DNA of 64,000 bases from Camelus dromedarius (taxonomy: Eukaryota). The stretch spans positions 18,662,001-18,726,000 of the forward strand of contig NC_087441.1 in NCBI RefSeq assembly GCF_036321535.1, in the 5' to 3' direction. The stretch's first letter is position 1; every line of letters begins with the position of its first letter. Made by a program: the position numbers and the translations under genes. Below, piece by piece: positions 13,176-26,110 of this stretch. The notes under the pieces were generated by a model. That model saw only the letters and a program-made list of their open reading frames with translations. It was not told where the DNA came from and did not search any database.

Positions 13176-13345
13176 TTTTTCTTAGCTTCTATATCCACAG
13201 GGATCTGTCTCTTCTTTGGGGGAGGAGGAGGAGGCAGCTCTTGCTTTGACCTTTTTGTAGTTACTTGTTCTCTTAGGCGAACAGTCTCCAGGAGATCCTT
13301 CTGGGGAATCTGGGACATTCCCAGCTTTGCTACTGCCTGAGTCAC
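13176..13345 (-). CDS. UTRN: UTRN exon 17 (170 nt), hinge 2: [56 protein letters not shown](K)
   Basis: cag|GTGACT...AAGAAAAA|gtaaga. Confidence 0.97.
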
Positions 13346-13371
13346 CTGGAATAAAAATCAGCCAGTTTCAA

Positions 13372-13835
13372 TTCTTTCTAGCAGCTGTATTGGGATATAA
13401 CTCATATGCCGTAAAATTCTCCCTTTGAAAATGTACGGGTCAATGGTTATCAGTATAGTCAGAGTTGTTGTGCCACCATGCCCGCCCTCTAATTCCAGAA
13501 TGGTTTTACCATTTCAAAATGGTACCTGTTAACAGTCACTCCCCATCCTTCTCTCCCTCTTGGCCCCTGGCAACCACTCACCTACTCCTGTCTCTGTGGA
13601 TTTGTCTGTTTTAGATAGTTCATATGGACAGAATCATAGCTCACTTAACCTGTGACTGGTCACTTAGCACAATGTTTTCAGGGCTCATCCATGTTGTAGC
13701 ATGGATCAGTATTTCATTTTATTATTGTCTAATAATATTGCACTGTATGGATATACCATATTTTGTTTACCCATGAATATATGGGTTGTTTTTACTTTTT
13801 GGCTATTATAAATAATGTTGCTATGAACTTCAGTG
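13372..13835 (-). mobile_element. L1MB-like 3' end
   Basis: gtattgggatataactcatatgcc...ccctggcaaccactcacctactcc...gggctcatccatgttgtagcatggatcagt. Confidence 0.8.
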
Positions 13836-14161
13836 TTTAAACCAAAGTGTTATTTTTGATCAATTCACTAAATTTTTTTTAAATTAATAACAGTATTTAA
13901 GATTTAAAGAGCATTTAATGGATTCACGCCAAAGTGCTATCAACTACTAAGGGTTAAATGACTGGATATTAGTAAGTCTTTTGAAGATCTATTAAAATTT
14001 ACTTTAGAAAACTAAAAAAGATTTTCATATGTCAAGTTTTTCAATTGTATAGTAAACCAGGTATTAGTTTAGCTACTACTTTTATTTCATAAAAACTAAA
14101 ACAAACCTGAATGTATAATTCCTACTAAATGGCACAATATATTACCCAAAGCAAAAGGTAC

Positions 14162-14341
14162 CTGGTTGGAGGAATCCTCTAGTCGCTGAACCAAAGAATC
14201 CCATCTCTGAGTCAGTTCCTCTGAGTCACTGTTGATCTTCTTCGATGCCTTAGGATTATCAAGTAATTGACCCACATCCTGGCCAATCTCACTGAGCTGA
14301 TCCAACGCTTGCCGCTTCATTTCCATGTCTTCCTTCAAAAT
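14162..14341 (-). CDS. UTRN: UTRN exon 16 (180 nt): [60 protein letters not shown]
   Basis: tag|ATTTTG...AACCAG|gtacct; matches ORF 14096..14338. Confidence 0.97.
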
Positions 14342-14616
14342 CTAGTATTTCACATATTTATTAGATGATTCCCTTTTAACAGGACCTTATCTTCCTGCTC
14401 CCCAGCCAGCAAACGAAAACGTGTATTTTATAGTAAAATTTACCCGATTTGCAATTCCCTAAAGCTAAAGACATATGACTTCCTGGTTCTAGATCGTTAC
14501 ATGGCAGCATTCTAGTGCTGGGTGATGATGTCTATTCATAAACTGTATTACCATTGATATAAAACACGAAGACACCACAGGCTTACAAGTCAGAAACCGA
14601 CAACGACCCCACTTAC

Positions 14617-14724
14617 AGCCAGACGTCGAACACTGACACTCAGTTCCTTCTGGTCTCTGAAGCTGCTTGTCTGGACTTTATTTAAAGCCTCTTCTTTTTC
14701 GGTTAACCAAGCTTTCAACAAGCA
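14617..14724 (-). CDS. UTRN: UTRN exon 15 (108 nt): [36 protein letters not shown]
   Basis: tag|TGCTTG...CTGGCT|gtaagt. Confidence 0.97.
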
Positions 14725-15029
14725 CTACAAATTATAAAGTTAGAAATACATTTAGAGAACCATTTGGTAATTCAGTTCAACCAAGTTCCCAAATCTCTAA
14801 TTTTTGTTACTAGAGGCTTTATCCCTATTTTGGGTAAGAAGGATTTCAAATATCTAAGCCTGAGGCATGAATGATCCAGAAAGATATCTTTCTTTAAGAT
14901 ATTATCCTTCTCAAATTTGCAACAGATCAACCTGAAATTAGCCCCACACCTGGGTAACTAGACCTAATTCTCAGCAAGGAAGGTGGATCTAAAAGGCCAA
15001 ATTCAACTATCCACATCTCCAAAAGAATG

Positions 15030-15200
15030 ACATTAAAACTCTCTAGATGCAGAAGGAAGCTCAGAGGTTTTCTTGTCTCAGCCCCTCATTTTATGGAGGA
15101 AAGGAAGAAGCCAAGTTTTATGTCCAAGAACTCTTGGCTAGTTAACTGCAGAGCCAGATCAAAAACACACACCCTGAAGCCAGCGGTTTTTCTATGCATC
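15030..15200 (-). mobile_element. MIR SINE fragment
   Basis: cccctcattttatggaggaaagg...ggctagttaactgcagagccaga. Confidence 0.6.
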
Positions 15201-18069
15201 TTGCCGAACACCCACACTAATGCTCTAGATTCAACAGTAATTATGATTAGAGGAGGAAGTCTGAGTATAGTCCAAAGCCACTGTAAAGATCTTTAAACTT
15301 CATTGGTCAGTAATGCATGTCTCTGAGGCAGAAGACATTTAGTAATGTAGAGCGATAAAACTTGAAGGAGGGGTAGAAAACAGCATGATTGTATTGGGGT
15401 AATTTTTCCCCAAAATGTAGTATTTACTGCAGAAACCTTTTTCTACATAGTTGGTTGGGGTAAGGGGACGGGGAGGAATTCTCGGTTCTGTATTTGCAAG
15501 GGAAACAACTCTTTTCTAATTGTTTTATTTACCAGTTTATTATTTAAAAACCATTCTCTGCCTTTATATTACACCCAAAAAAGGATGAAGATTAATAAAA
15601 GACAAACATGGAACCCATCCTCAATGTGAGAAGAGTGATAAGACATGAGTAACTGTGGCACAAGACAGAAAGTACAGACACCACAAAGAGATTACTTCCA
15701 GTTTTGAAACAACGGGGGAGGGGAGGGAGTTTATAGATGACTTTATGGTCCTTGACAGATATGTCACCAGCAAAGCCCACGGAAACCCCCAGGAAAAATA
15801 AAATGGAATCTAGGTGATAAGACCTAACCTTTTCTTTTGTTCTTAGTCTAGTTTCACGTGCCCATAGGGGGCCGTGTGCAGAAGCTTTGCACCTAACACG
15901 GTGGGTAAGAGTTCCCGGGGTAGAACCGCTGAGCGTACCACCTAACTTGGTGCACTGTAAGCAGAAGCACCGAGCAGGACACCTCAGGGCAATATGGTAG
16001 CAGCAGGCCATGTGCAGAGATGCTGGACCCCACACTGTGACCTGGAGCTGTGAGCAACACGCCTGCGCCAGACCTGCAAGAACTCAGCACCCCCACCCCA
16101 CCAACAAGAACCTCATAAGCAGCCCTGCCAGTGGCTTGTCAGGGAGAGCGTGTACTCCACAGCGTACGCTCGCTGCTCTCCATTCTTTCGTCAAAGAGGA
16201 AGACCTTCCTTTGCTTCTGAACCAAACTAGACTTCATTCTATTGGCTGGAACATTACGGGGCAGGAGGACCCTTGTTAAGGCCTGACTCAAAAGGGTTGG
16301 TAACAGATGGGGAGAACTTAAAAATAAAGAGATGGGTAAAAAGGCATTCCAAGGCAGATACCACATCTTAAAAACACAGAGGCTAGAAAACTAGTTCACT
16401 CTTTCGCAAAAAGAAAACAAAACAACAACAAAACCCAGAGGCACTCACAACGTGCCACGTGCTGGGAATAGAGCAGTGAACACAAACCAGCGCTACCCTG
16501 GTAGCCGTGACCGTCTAGGGATGGGCTACAAACTGGGGATTCAGGGTGTGAGCTGGGTACACGGAAGGACTGAGGAAAAGTTAAGGTCGGAAAGGTAGCT
16601 CAGTCCTTTACAGAACTATCCCACTTGCCGTACTCGGTCTACGCTGCAGAAGTTTGGAGCTAATTCTCAGAGCCCATTTCTAACTATGTTAAAGTCTCTG
16701 CAACTGAGTGAACGATCGTCCCTTGAAAGACTTTTTAAGTCAGATACAGTTGATCTGTCCCTGCAATAGCAAATTATCAATTAAGTACCAATGTTGCCTT
16801 AAAGTCTACATTTTAACAAGATTCCTCCTTCCATATCACTAACAGAAAGCCACTCAAAGGTCAGTTTTAAACCTAAAATAACAAATGGCCAAAATACTAG
16901 CCACCCCTTATTTTTAAAAAATTCTAATTACCAAACTTTGATTCTTTCCAAATTTTAAATTATTTGACTTAGTAGAAGAGTAACACAATGGTTTTCTCTA
17001 GCAATTAATGTCTCCTATAATCATTACTAAAGTAAGATTTTAATTATTCTTTGTGACTCTTTGGCCTGAATATAAGGGTCTAAGCAAATTTAAATCTTTG
17101 TAAAGTGAAAGGTAAATATTTCAGAAATCAGAATCAGGTCTATTATGCTATTCTTAATAGAAAAACTGTAATCAAAGATTGGGGGCAGGTGGCAGTGATT
17201 AACAATCTACACCGAGACAAACTTTGCAACCTGCTTTTTAAGACATTATCTCTGCTAACATATTTAGTAAATCACAAAACATCATACCTTTGTTTTTATG
17301 CCCTGAAAAGAACACAGTTGCTTTTTGTGGAAGGAAATGAAATGCACTTAAAAGAATCAAAATGGACACTAAGATGTGGGAATAGAGTATCTGCTTATTT
17401 TCTAAACCACAACTGTTTGGCATTTTGAGGAAAAGTCTCGCTTATTTGTATTCTGCTTTGATGGTTACATTTCTGGAAGGATGGAGATGGGCAAAGGGCC
17501 ACCACCCAGGCTGAAAACTTAAAGTGGCAGCTTTGCACCAAAGGTTTGTTTGCTATGTTAATCCGTTGCGGAAAAAAATATACTATTATCCAAGTGTTAA
17601 ATCAATGGTGTTGCTAACTAATTTTTTCTTGTTAATTTCAGTAGTTATTCTGGTTAAAAATCATGAAAAATTCTTGTGATTTAACATTCACAAAGTATTA
17701 AGTGGATTCATTTAGTCCTTATGTACTGAGCATAAACCATATGCTAGGCACTGTGTTGATACAAGTTCAAATACTTACCCGATACAAATGCAATAAGAAT
17801 TATGCCAAGAAAATCCTAAAAGAAGCACATCTAAATACTAACATTCTAAGTAACAAACAAGGTCAAACTGTTATTACAATGGAGCTAATTTGTAATGCAA
17901 TCTCTATGAATAAGCTGTATGATAAAATGGACAGAGAACAGACTTTTAACATAATAAATATTTGTAAATTTTCCCCTTGAAGAAAAGTAAACAAAAGACT
18001 TCAATGCCATAATTAACAATCGGTTATTTTTCAGCATCTGTTCTGCCTATCAGGATAACAGTTTCATAC

Positions 18070-18171
18070 CTGTTCTTCCAATAACTCCTGCCACAAAATA
18101 TTGATTTCCTGTAACCTGTTCCAGCGTTCTTCAGTCCACCGGCACACGGCTGTCCAACGTTCACCGAGTTT
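18070..18171 (-). CDS. UTRN: UTRN exon 14 (102 nt): [34 protein letters not shown]
   Basis: tag|AAACTC...GAACAG|gtatga. Confidence 0.97.
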
Positions 18172-18979
18172 CTAGGAAAGGAAGAAACCACCATCTGTCA
18201 ACAAAGCCTTAAGAGATAGTTACCCCAATCCTTAAAGAAATTCTTGACATCCGTTGTTCTCTGTTAAAGAGAAGAAATTCATGAAAAAAAATTTTTACGA
18301 AAGTTGCTTTAAATAATACAGATGAACCCTATAAAGTTATAGATGAGAAAAACTAATTTTCATAGAATTTAACTAATTATTTCACATTGCAAAGCTAGGA
18401 AGTGGCCCAACTAGAACTCCATCCTATAACTTTTAACTCAAATTCCTGTTCTTTTCCATTTTATTGTGATTTTTATGTGAGAATTTGACATTTTCACATA
18501 TACCTTCAAAATAAAGCAAACATATCTGCTTTTGGTGCTTCAATTTTTTCAGGCATATAATTATCTTTAAAACAAAATTCAGTGCATCAGTTATTTCTCA
18601 GCCCTCTTTTACATGCCAAGAAAACTTTTATCTGTAGTCCCAAAATTATGAAAAAAAAATTTACACTAATAAAAACTGTTTTGAATAAGAGAATTTCTAT
18701 TAAAAAATACTTAATTTGATTTGCTCTGTTTACATTACATGTCTATAGAAAACTCCACAAAACTCAACAACAAAACATTACAAGTCTTAGCAAGGCTAAA
18801 TAAATAAATTTGATTATTTTTTTAAAATCATTCTTCATGATGACTTTCCCAACAAATTATTTTATTGCCATTTGATAAACAATGATTAACAAAAGGTGAA
18901 TTTCATTTCTACACCACCTACATGTGAACAAGAATTAAATTATTTAATTCATTTTATCTTATTTCCACATTTAATACCA

Positions 18980-19170
18980 GAGTGAGCTTTGTATAGTACA
19001 AAAAGTAGAGAACTTAAAGGCAGAAGACAGGTCTCCAGTCTCGGCATGAAAATTCCTTGTCTGTTTAAACCTTAGGGGCATCACTTAATTTCTCTGAATT
19101 TCAGTTTCCTCACTATTAATTAGGCAAGCCATGAATGCCTACCTCTCAGGTTACCATAATAACTACGTAC
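18980..19170 (+). mobile_element. MIR SINE fragment
   Basis: ggcatcacttaatttctctgaatttcagtttcctcact...cctacctctcaggtt. Confidence 0.65.
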
Positions 19171-19316
19171 TACTGCACCAAAGTCTCAAAATGACTAGCC
19201 AATTCTAAATTTTACAAAAGGATTTCATATGATAAATTATAATCTGGAAGTCACTGAAAATTATCAACTGCCAACAACATTATATCAAGTCATTCAAGTA
19301 TTGTTCAAATAAAATA

Positions 19317-19657
19317 CAGCTGACCATTGAACAACAGGGGTATAAGCTGCCACCTATACTTGGATATTTTTCTATAAATATATTGGAAAAAATTTTTGGA
19401 GATATGTGACAATTTGAAGTAAGGACAAACCACACAGCCTAGAAATATCAAGGTATTAAGACAAAGTGAGGTATGCTATGAATGCATAAAATATCTGTAG
19501 ATATACATATAACATATAAAAATGTTATCAGTAAGGTTTCCAATCATCAATAGGCTATTCGTAGTTAAGTTTTGGAGGGAAGTAAAAAGTTATACTTGGA
19601 TTTTCAACCACTCAAGAGGTCAGTGCCTCTAACCCAGCACCGTTCAAGGGTCAACCA
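19317..19657 (+). mobile_element. Tigger2-family (Tc1/mariner) non-autonomous DNA transposon
   Basis: ta|cagctgaccattgaacaacagggg ... cgttcaagggtcaac: degenerate Tigger2-type TIRs with a TA on the left flank. Confidence 0.8.
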
Positions 19658-19794
19658 ATAACTCTCTTTATAAAGACTTGTAAAGATAAACTATAGCTAC
19701 AGAGCAAAAAGAAGCAAGTCGTCGGGGTCCCCAAAACTGGTGTTGACATTCACACACTGATCTACCAAAGAAACAGGGATATTAAACCCTACAC

Positions 19795-19925
19795 GGCTGA
19801 AATTCTCAAACTTTAATATGCACATACATTTTTTTACACATTCACTGGGCCTCACTCCCAGGGATTCATGTCTGTGTGGAGCCCAGGAATCTGCACGTTA
19901 ACAAATTTCTCAAGTGATTCTGAGC
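19795..19925. mobile_element. MER5-like hAT-Charlie MITE fragment
   Basis: ttctcaaactttaatatgcac...gcccaggaatctgcacgttaacaaatttctcaagtgattctga. Confidence 0.65.
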
Positions 19926-20225
19926 AAGAAGTCTATGAACTTGTTGAGATCAGTTCTATTGCTTTCAAATCTTGTTAATACACCCAAGGAAGCTGCGGAC
20001 CACAAGCAGCCCCACCATTCACCCCAAGGGCTGAAGTAAAGGAATGATATCCAAGTATTCCTAAACCCACGTACTGTGGAACCCCAACTGGGAAGAACAG
20101 CCTAAGGAAGACCACTCTGCTTTTCTAAATAAACAGTGAGACCGGACACGAAGAATAGGGGCAATGTGTAACTAGGGCTCAGACCACGGGTCCCTTGTGA
20201 CCACCCTATGTCACAGGGTCCTTAC

Positions 20226-20345
20226 CTGTAACTGATCTTCCAGAACAGCTGTAGCACTCTCGCCACTGTTTTCATCCACAATCACCACCATGTGAGTTAG
20301 GGAATTTACCTTCACCTGTTCAGCCTCAAGATCATTTTGTAAACT
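20226..20345 (-). CDS. UTRN: UTRN exon 13 (120 nt): [40 protein letters not shown]
   Basis: tag|AGTTTA...TTACAG|gtaagg. Confidence 0.97.
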
Positions 20346-20558
20346 CTAGAGAAAAAAATTAAGATAAACCATTATTTCTACTCTTTCCCATTTACCCATT
20401 TAAAATGCACTCTGTTGTCAACAGTAATTAAGGACACTTAATGAAGCATCGTGTTTAAATTTCCGATCATTAGCCTAAGTGTTCTACTAATGAAACAAAC
20501 CCATTATACATCTTTACATTTCATTATGAACCAAAGCAGTTTGAAAACGCAGTGTCAT

Positions 20559-21176
20559 CCCAGGAATCCCTCTCCTAGGCATATATCCAGAAGGAACCCT
20601 ACTTCAAAANNNNNNNNNNNNNNNNNNNNNNNNNNNNNNNNNNNNNNNNNNNNNNNNNNNNNNNNNNNNNNNNNNNNNNNNNNNNNNNNNNNNNNNNNNN
20701 NNNNNNNNNNNNNNNNNNNNNNNNNNNNNNNNNNNNNNNNNNNNNNNNNNNNNNNNNNNNNNTTTGCAGCAACATGGATATTCCTGGAGAATGTCATTCT
20801 AAGTGAAGCAAGACAGAAAGAGAAAGAAAAACAACCATATGAGATTGCTCATACGTGGAATCTAACAAAAACAAAAACAAAAACATAAATAGAAAACAGA
20901 AACAGACTCATAGACATAGACTACAAACTTGTGGTTGCCAAGGGGGGCGGGGCATGGGAAGGGACAGACTGGGATCTCAAAATGCAGAATAGATAAACAA
21001 GATTATATTGTATAGCACAGGGAAATACAAGATCTTATGGTAGCTCACAGCGAAAAAGAATGTGACAATGAATATATGTATGTTCATGTATAACTGAAAA
21101 ATTGTGCTCTACAATGGAATTTGACACATTGTAAAATGACTATAACTCAATTAAAAAAAGTTAAAAAAAAAGAAAA
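20559..21176 (+). mobile_element. 5'-truncated young LINE-1 with A-rich tail and a 16-bp target-site duplication
   Basis: ORF2 C-terminal remnant (FAATWIFLENVILSE), 3' UTR and A-tail. TSD gaaaacgcagtgtcat (20543-20558) / gaaaatgcagtgtcat (21177-21192). Confidence 0.92.
20610..20762. other. Assembly gap / N-run (153 N) inside an L1
   Basis: Seen directly. Confidence 0.99.
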
Positions 21177-22144
21177 GAAAATGCAGTGTCATGACAGATT
21201 GCAAATGGGATGTTGTCACTTTCATGCCAAGTTTGCCAAAAGAAAAAGAAAAAAAAAATGTGTAACACAAACAAATTGAGCACTTATCCTAGGAATTAGG
21301 AATACAGAATCATTAAATCAAAAAAGTCCCAAACTTAAATACATAGATTCAGAAATCATTTTACCTAGTGCAGCATGGTATAAAATGAGAGCGAAGTAGA
21401 ATGCTATTTGATGGTCAGAAGCTGTTGTGTTTAGCTACTTAGGAAAGCAGTTAGGGATACAGACTACTCCCATTCCCGTCTCTTCCATGAGAAGGGCAGG
21501 GCAGGTCATAAGACTATGTATATAGGAAATTTATTTAAACATTTTCAATAGTGTTGTCAAATGCCTGGAGTTTTTGTGTTAAATGTATCACAAGAGCATT
21601 ATTTATCACTTATCTAGGTACTTCATTGAAAAATAAAGTTCTTCAAACAATTTGCAGAGAGGCTACGTTACTCCATGTTTCCTTGACTGTGAAACGTTAT
21701 CTCCTAAACTGGTGACCAAATTAAACTATCCACCAAATTTTAAATCTTCACCTACGAGAAGAATCAATAGCATGCCTTAAAAGAGTAGGTACAGATTAGT
21801 CAGAGGGCTTCCTTATTTCCTGCGCTAATGCCACACACTTGGGCTCTTAACTACTTATCAGTCCAAAAAAAAAAAAACAAAAACCCTTGAGAATCTTACG
21901 AACACTATGCACTTTCATTAGAAAACTATACATCCGCATATAAAATTTTACCTGCACTTCCCTCCCTGGCTCAGAAGAAAATTCACATCCCCATGAACTC
22001 CACCCTGTAAGCTACTGAATAAAAGAGAACACTGGAGAAGTGTCCCATCTCTGCACTGATGACAGACGCCATCGGCCCCCGAGAATACTAAGTGCTGCTA
22101 TTTCATATTTGATAAGGCATAAAAGAAAAATGAGCCAGATTTAC

Positions 22145-22295
22145 TTTATGATCTTCTAGCAGCTTCTGGAGGGATTTTACGTCATCATCCAAGGGGCAAG
22201 TTTCCATCTTCTGAATGCGTTCTTCTGTGAGCGTCAGCCAGGCGGAGAGCTGCTGCAGCTGCTGCTTCTGCAGTTCCATGAGCACGTCATGCAGC
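22145..22295 (-). CDS. UTRN: UTRN exon 12 (151 nt): [50 protein letters not shown]
   Basis: cag|GCTGCAT...CATAAA|gtaaat. Confidence 0.97.
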
Positions 22296-23002
22296 CTGCC
22301 CGCGGGGAGCACAGCATTAGTCCCACTCCTTGTCCCCTTTGCAGAGGCAAACAGACCCTCCAGGCACCAAAGAAATGGGGCAGGGAACACATTCTTGTCA
22401 AACCATTGAAAGTAGCATTTAAGTTTTAAATATAGAAACCGGCCCCCCAAAAAAATTCTTCTTACATGAAGTCAATTAAATGTGGTCAAAGAATGCAAGT
22501 AACAGCACCCTCTGTTTGTATCAGAATCATTGTTTCTTCAATCAGGAATTCCTGCCTATTAAATAGGTGGAAATGCAAGAGAATGCAGTTTGCTCCTTAA
22601 TACACAGTACATGATATAAAATGAATCATGGGAAAAAATGCTTTAAAAACTGTTACAAAATGGAATTGTAGATAAAAACGACATAGTGCTGTCTTCATAT
22701 CAGAGTTACTGGTTAGTGAATTTTAATACTGCACAGAGACAACTGTGCATACAACATGTCTTTGCCTTTTTTTTTTTTTTTTTGCTAATTTCTGTATCCC
22801 AACTTTTACCTTTTCATTTGGTTAACGTACCAAAGGGGAAACAAAGATCATAGAAAATTCCAGCAACACTGCATAAAAGAGTCAAAATTTTGCAAGGCAA
22901 ATTCTCTAGTTATCTTGTTTTCACACATGCAGATTTTCACTTGTTCTAAACTGGGCAGTGCAGTCAATGGAATAAAATATTCATTTCTGGGCTTCCACTC
23001 AC

Positions 23003-23184
23003 CGGGACTGTCTGTCCATACTTTCCACCCTGAGTGCCTCCCATCTGGCATTCAGCAGGGTCATTTGCTCTTGAATCTCAAACTCCTCTTCATCGGACAG
23101 AGTTCCTTGTGTTATCAGCTGGTTTCCCGCCTGCAGGACATTCCCCACACTGCTCTGGTGTGCCGTCAGCTCCATCATAAAAGC
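23003..23184 (-). CDS. UTRN: UTRN exon 11 (182 nt): [60 protein letters not shown](R)
   Basis: tag|GCTTTT...TCCCG|gtgagt. Confidence 0.97.
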
Positions 23185-24091
23185 CTAGGGAGGTACATCA
23201 TTGTGATTTGTGAGCTGCTCGATGAAGGGAAAAACACTTAATAAAATGTTAATGCCTAAATATTGATGCTGTGCAAAAAAGGAACCATGTCGAGTGCAAA
23301 TAAAGACTTTGATCTAATTTTTTAAGCTCTGAATATGGGAAATAAGCAGCTGGCCTAAGGAAAAAGGTGAGTAGATCAAAGAGGACAACGTGACATCTGA
23401 TAACATTAACTAGCTATTTCCCACTAAATGCAGATTATTCTACTGATAGACTGTGAACATGGAATTATGAGAAGATACAATAAATAAAACACCATGCTCA
23501 TCCAAGAGGAACTGCTTAAAGAAGATGGCCATTTCTATTATTTTCAAAACAAAACAGCAAAGAAGATCTGTCAATTAATATGTCAACATAAAAAAACTAC
23601 TTAATCAAAAGAATTCTTCATATAACTAAATCACAACAGTGCCATATATCCCTGAAACAGTGGGAAATTTTCACTATGTAAGATTATGCAGAAATACTGG
23701 ATATGAGTTTGCTTAATCATACAATAAATAAAAATAATCACTTTCTGGGGAATATTCAAAATCTAAAGATCTGGTGTATCGATGAGCCATTTTGTGTTTT
23801 AACTATAATAATACACTTCAGAAACAAGCATTCCTACACATTGATTTTTGTCAGTGGTTCCACAGCATCTACAAATTATGATAAGATTAAAATCTGAAAT
23901 CTAATTCCAATGCACAATCACCCACTCCAATTTTATAACAAAGCCCTACTTAAATATCATGAATCCTAAAATATGCCATGACCTTTCTGTGGAGCAGAAT
24001 TCAGTAAACAGCAAACATCAGGGAGGAGCCCCTGATTGAGGCTCAGGCACTGTGGCAGTTACACCCCACTCATCGACTACAGATTATTTAC

Positions 24092-24295
24092 TTCGTGGGT
24101 TGCAAACTGGTCCTTGACTTCTTCAACATCATCAGAAATGTCATCCTGCTCCTGGAAAGTGTCCTCAGCAGAAAGCAACCAGGTCAGCACTTCCTCCAGC
24201 GCTATCTGATAGCTGTCGAGATCCATGTCAACCTCGGTGACAGTGCTGGGGGTTTCGGCTCGCGGACTCTCCTGCTCCTCCTCCGGCACTGAGCT
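24092..24295 (-). CDS. UTRN: UTRN exon 10 (204 nt), hinge 1 into spectrin repeat 1: [68 protein letters not shown]
   Basis: tag|AGCTCA...CACGAA|gtaaat. Confidence 0.97.
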
Positions 24296-24369
24296 CTAAA
24301 AAAAAAAAAAACCCAAGAAAACCCACAAGCATCGTGAAGATGAGAAGGTGTTCAACAAAGACACACTGG

Positions 24370-24580
24370 CTGGAGAACCTAAGGTAGGCCCCTCTGTGTC
24401 TTAGGCATTCATCCAGTTCTCGGGGGCTGGGTGAGCAATGCCGTGAACTAGTCAGAAAGCATTTATGAAGTCTGCTAGCATGCAGGGGGTACAAAAGTGG
24501 CAGCACTCATGGCTTCTGTGCTCATGGAGATTCTAATATAGTTGGGAAGAGACAAATAACCAACATGAATCACTTCTGAG
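24370..24580 (-). mobile_element. L2 3' fragment
   Basis: agcatttatgaagtctgctagcatgcagggg...ctgtgctcatggagattctaatatagttggg. Confidence 0.55.
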
Positions 24581-25169
24581 CAAAAATAAAAAGGCTATTA
24601 ACAAAGTTATAAATTCCATGGTTCCAACAAGGCATGCTATTTGAATTCACTGACGGCTAAAATAGGAAAGTTCTGGAACATGTTGGGCCTTGAAGGATAG
24701 ATGCCATTTAAAGAGACAGAGATTAGAACTCTGCTTTGAACCTAAATTGCTTTCACTGAGTTGCATTTTAGCAACTGAAAGACACTGAAACACAGCCACA
24801 CATACAGGCTGTTCTACAGAAAATATTTTTTGAGCCAACTGCCCTCTAGTTTACTTGCTGGTCTTTTTAAAAAAGAGCCCATGGAATAAGTCATTCCAAG
24901 CCCCTTCTAAGCAATGGAAGATCTTCTTATGTACCTGTAGAATTGTATAACCAAATCAACCACCTCTCATTCATTTGTTCCCTTCTAGAGCAAAAGTTCT
25001 TTAAAATTTGCCTACAGCCTATCTCCACTTTATCACCTCTCATCCACAATTTTGATGTATCTCAAAGATACAAAAATGTACAGAGAACAATATGTGAAAT
25101 ATCCATGTATTTAACGGCTACATTTGTTACCAATCCCTTTCACACTGATTAGGTATTGGTCCCCACTTA

Positions 25170-26110
25170 TTCACTTGGAAAGGCTTTTGCCAGTGTCACC
25201 AATAACCTTCTCACTGACAAAGCCACCTTTCTAGCATCACCTTCAGGATGACTATGTAATTAACCTACAAACCAGAACACTTTTGATAATCACAGTGTTA
25301 GAACAACAGGCATAAATCAGAACTGTTCCAAGCAAACCCAGAGATCTGGTCACCTTACGTTTCTGACGCTCTCAGTGGCATTCCGTATGTCTGACCAGTC
25401 CTCACCCTCTTGAAGCTTCCCTTTCCCTGACTCCACAATACCACATTGCTCTTCCTCCTACTTCAACAGCATTTGCCAACATGTAAGTAATGAAGCTTCT
25501 CAAAATGAAGTCCTGGGCCCCCTTTATTTTCTCTCTGTATGCATTGCCTGAGTGATTTCATCCATTCCCACTGAACTGAAAGAACCATCTACACCCTGCA
25601 AATATTTCCTCTGTTATCTCTGGTCCCAAACTCCAAACCCCTATGTCCCACTTCCTTAACATCTCTCCTTCAATGTCTCTTAGGCATATCAAAAACTGTC
25701 AGTACTTAAACCCTCCATTTCCCCCCCAAGTATCTTCAGACTTCCCATTTCAGTAAATGGCTCCTTCATGCACTTAATTCCTCCAGCTAAAAACCAAGGA
25801 GTCAGCCTTGGTTTCCCTCTTCCTTCCACATTGAATATGTATAAGCAATTCTTACCTTAAAAATGTATCTCAAATCCATCCAGACCTTCCCACTTTCACA
25901 ACAACCATTTGTCCTCAGTGTTATAACAGCCAGCTAACTGGTGTCTTTACTTTCTCACTGCTACCCAGACTCCTACCTGCGCCATCCACTTCTCACCCAG
26001 CAGCCAGAATGATGTTTGGAAAATGTAATCACATCATAAGACTTCCCTGCTTAAACTCTTTCACTGCTTTCCCGATGCTCTTAAGATACAATATAAAATT
26101 CTTAACATAA
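25170..26110 (+). mobile_element. L2 ORF2/3' fragment with a nested MER94
   Basis: Pyrimidine-rich L2 sequence (ctcttgaagcttccctttcc..., gtcctgggccccctttatttt..., cacccagcagccagaatgat...). Confidence 0.75.
25245..25356 (+). mobile_element. MER94 (hAT-Blackjack) MITE
   Basis: aggatgactatgtaatt...aaccagaacacttttga...acaacaggcataaatcagaactgttcc..gcaaaccca...tggtcacctt; TIR-like ends AGGrTGAC/GTCACC. Confidence 0.8.

Noticed and set aside
15592-16035. 147-aa minus-strand ORF, and similar long ORFs at 2152-2625, 12654-13133, 49727-50167 and 55328-55768
   Set aside because: No recognisable domain, composition mirrors intronic or low-complexity DNA, and no flanking splice signals tie them to UTRN.
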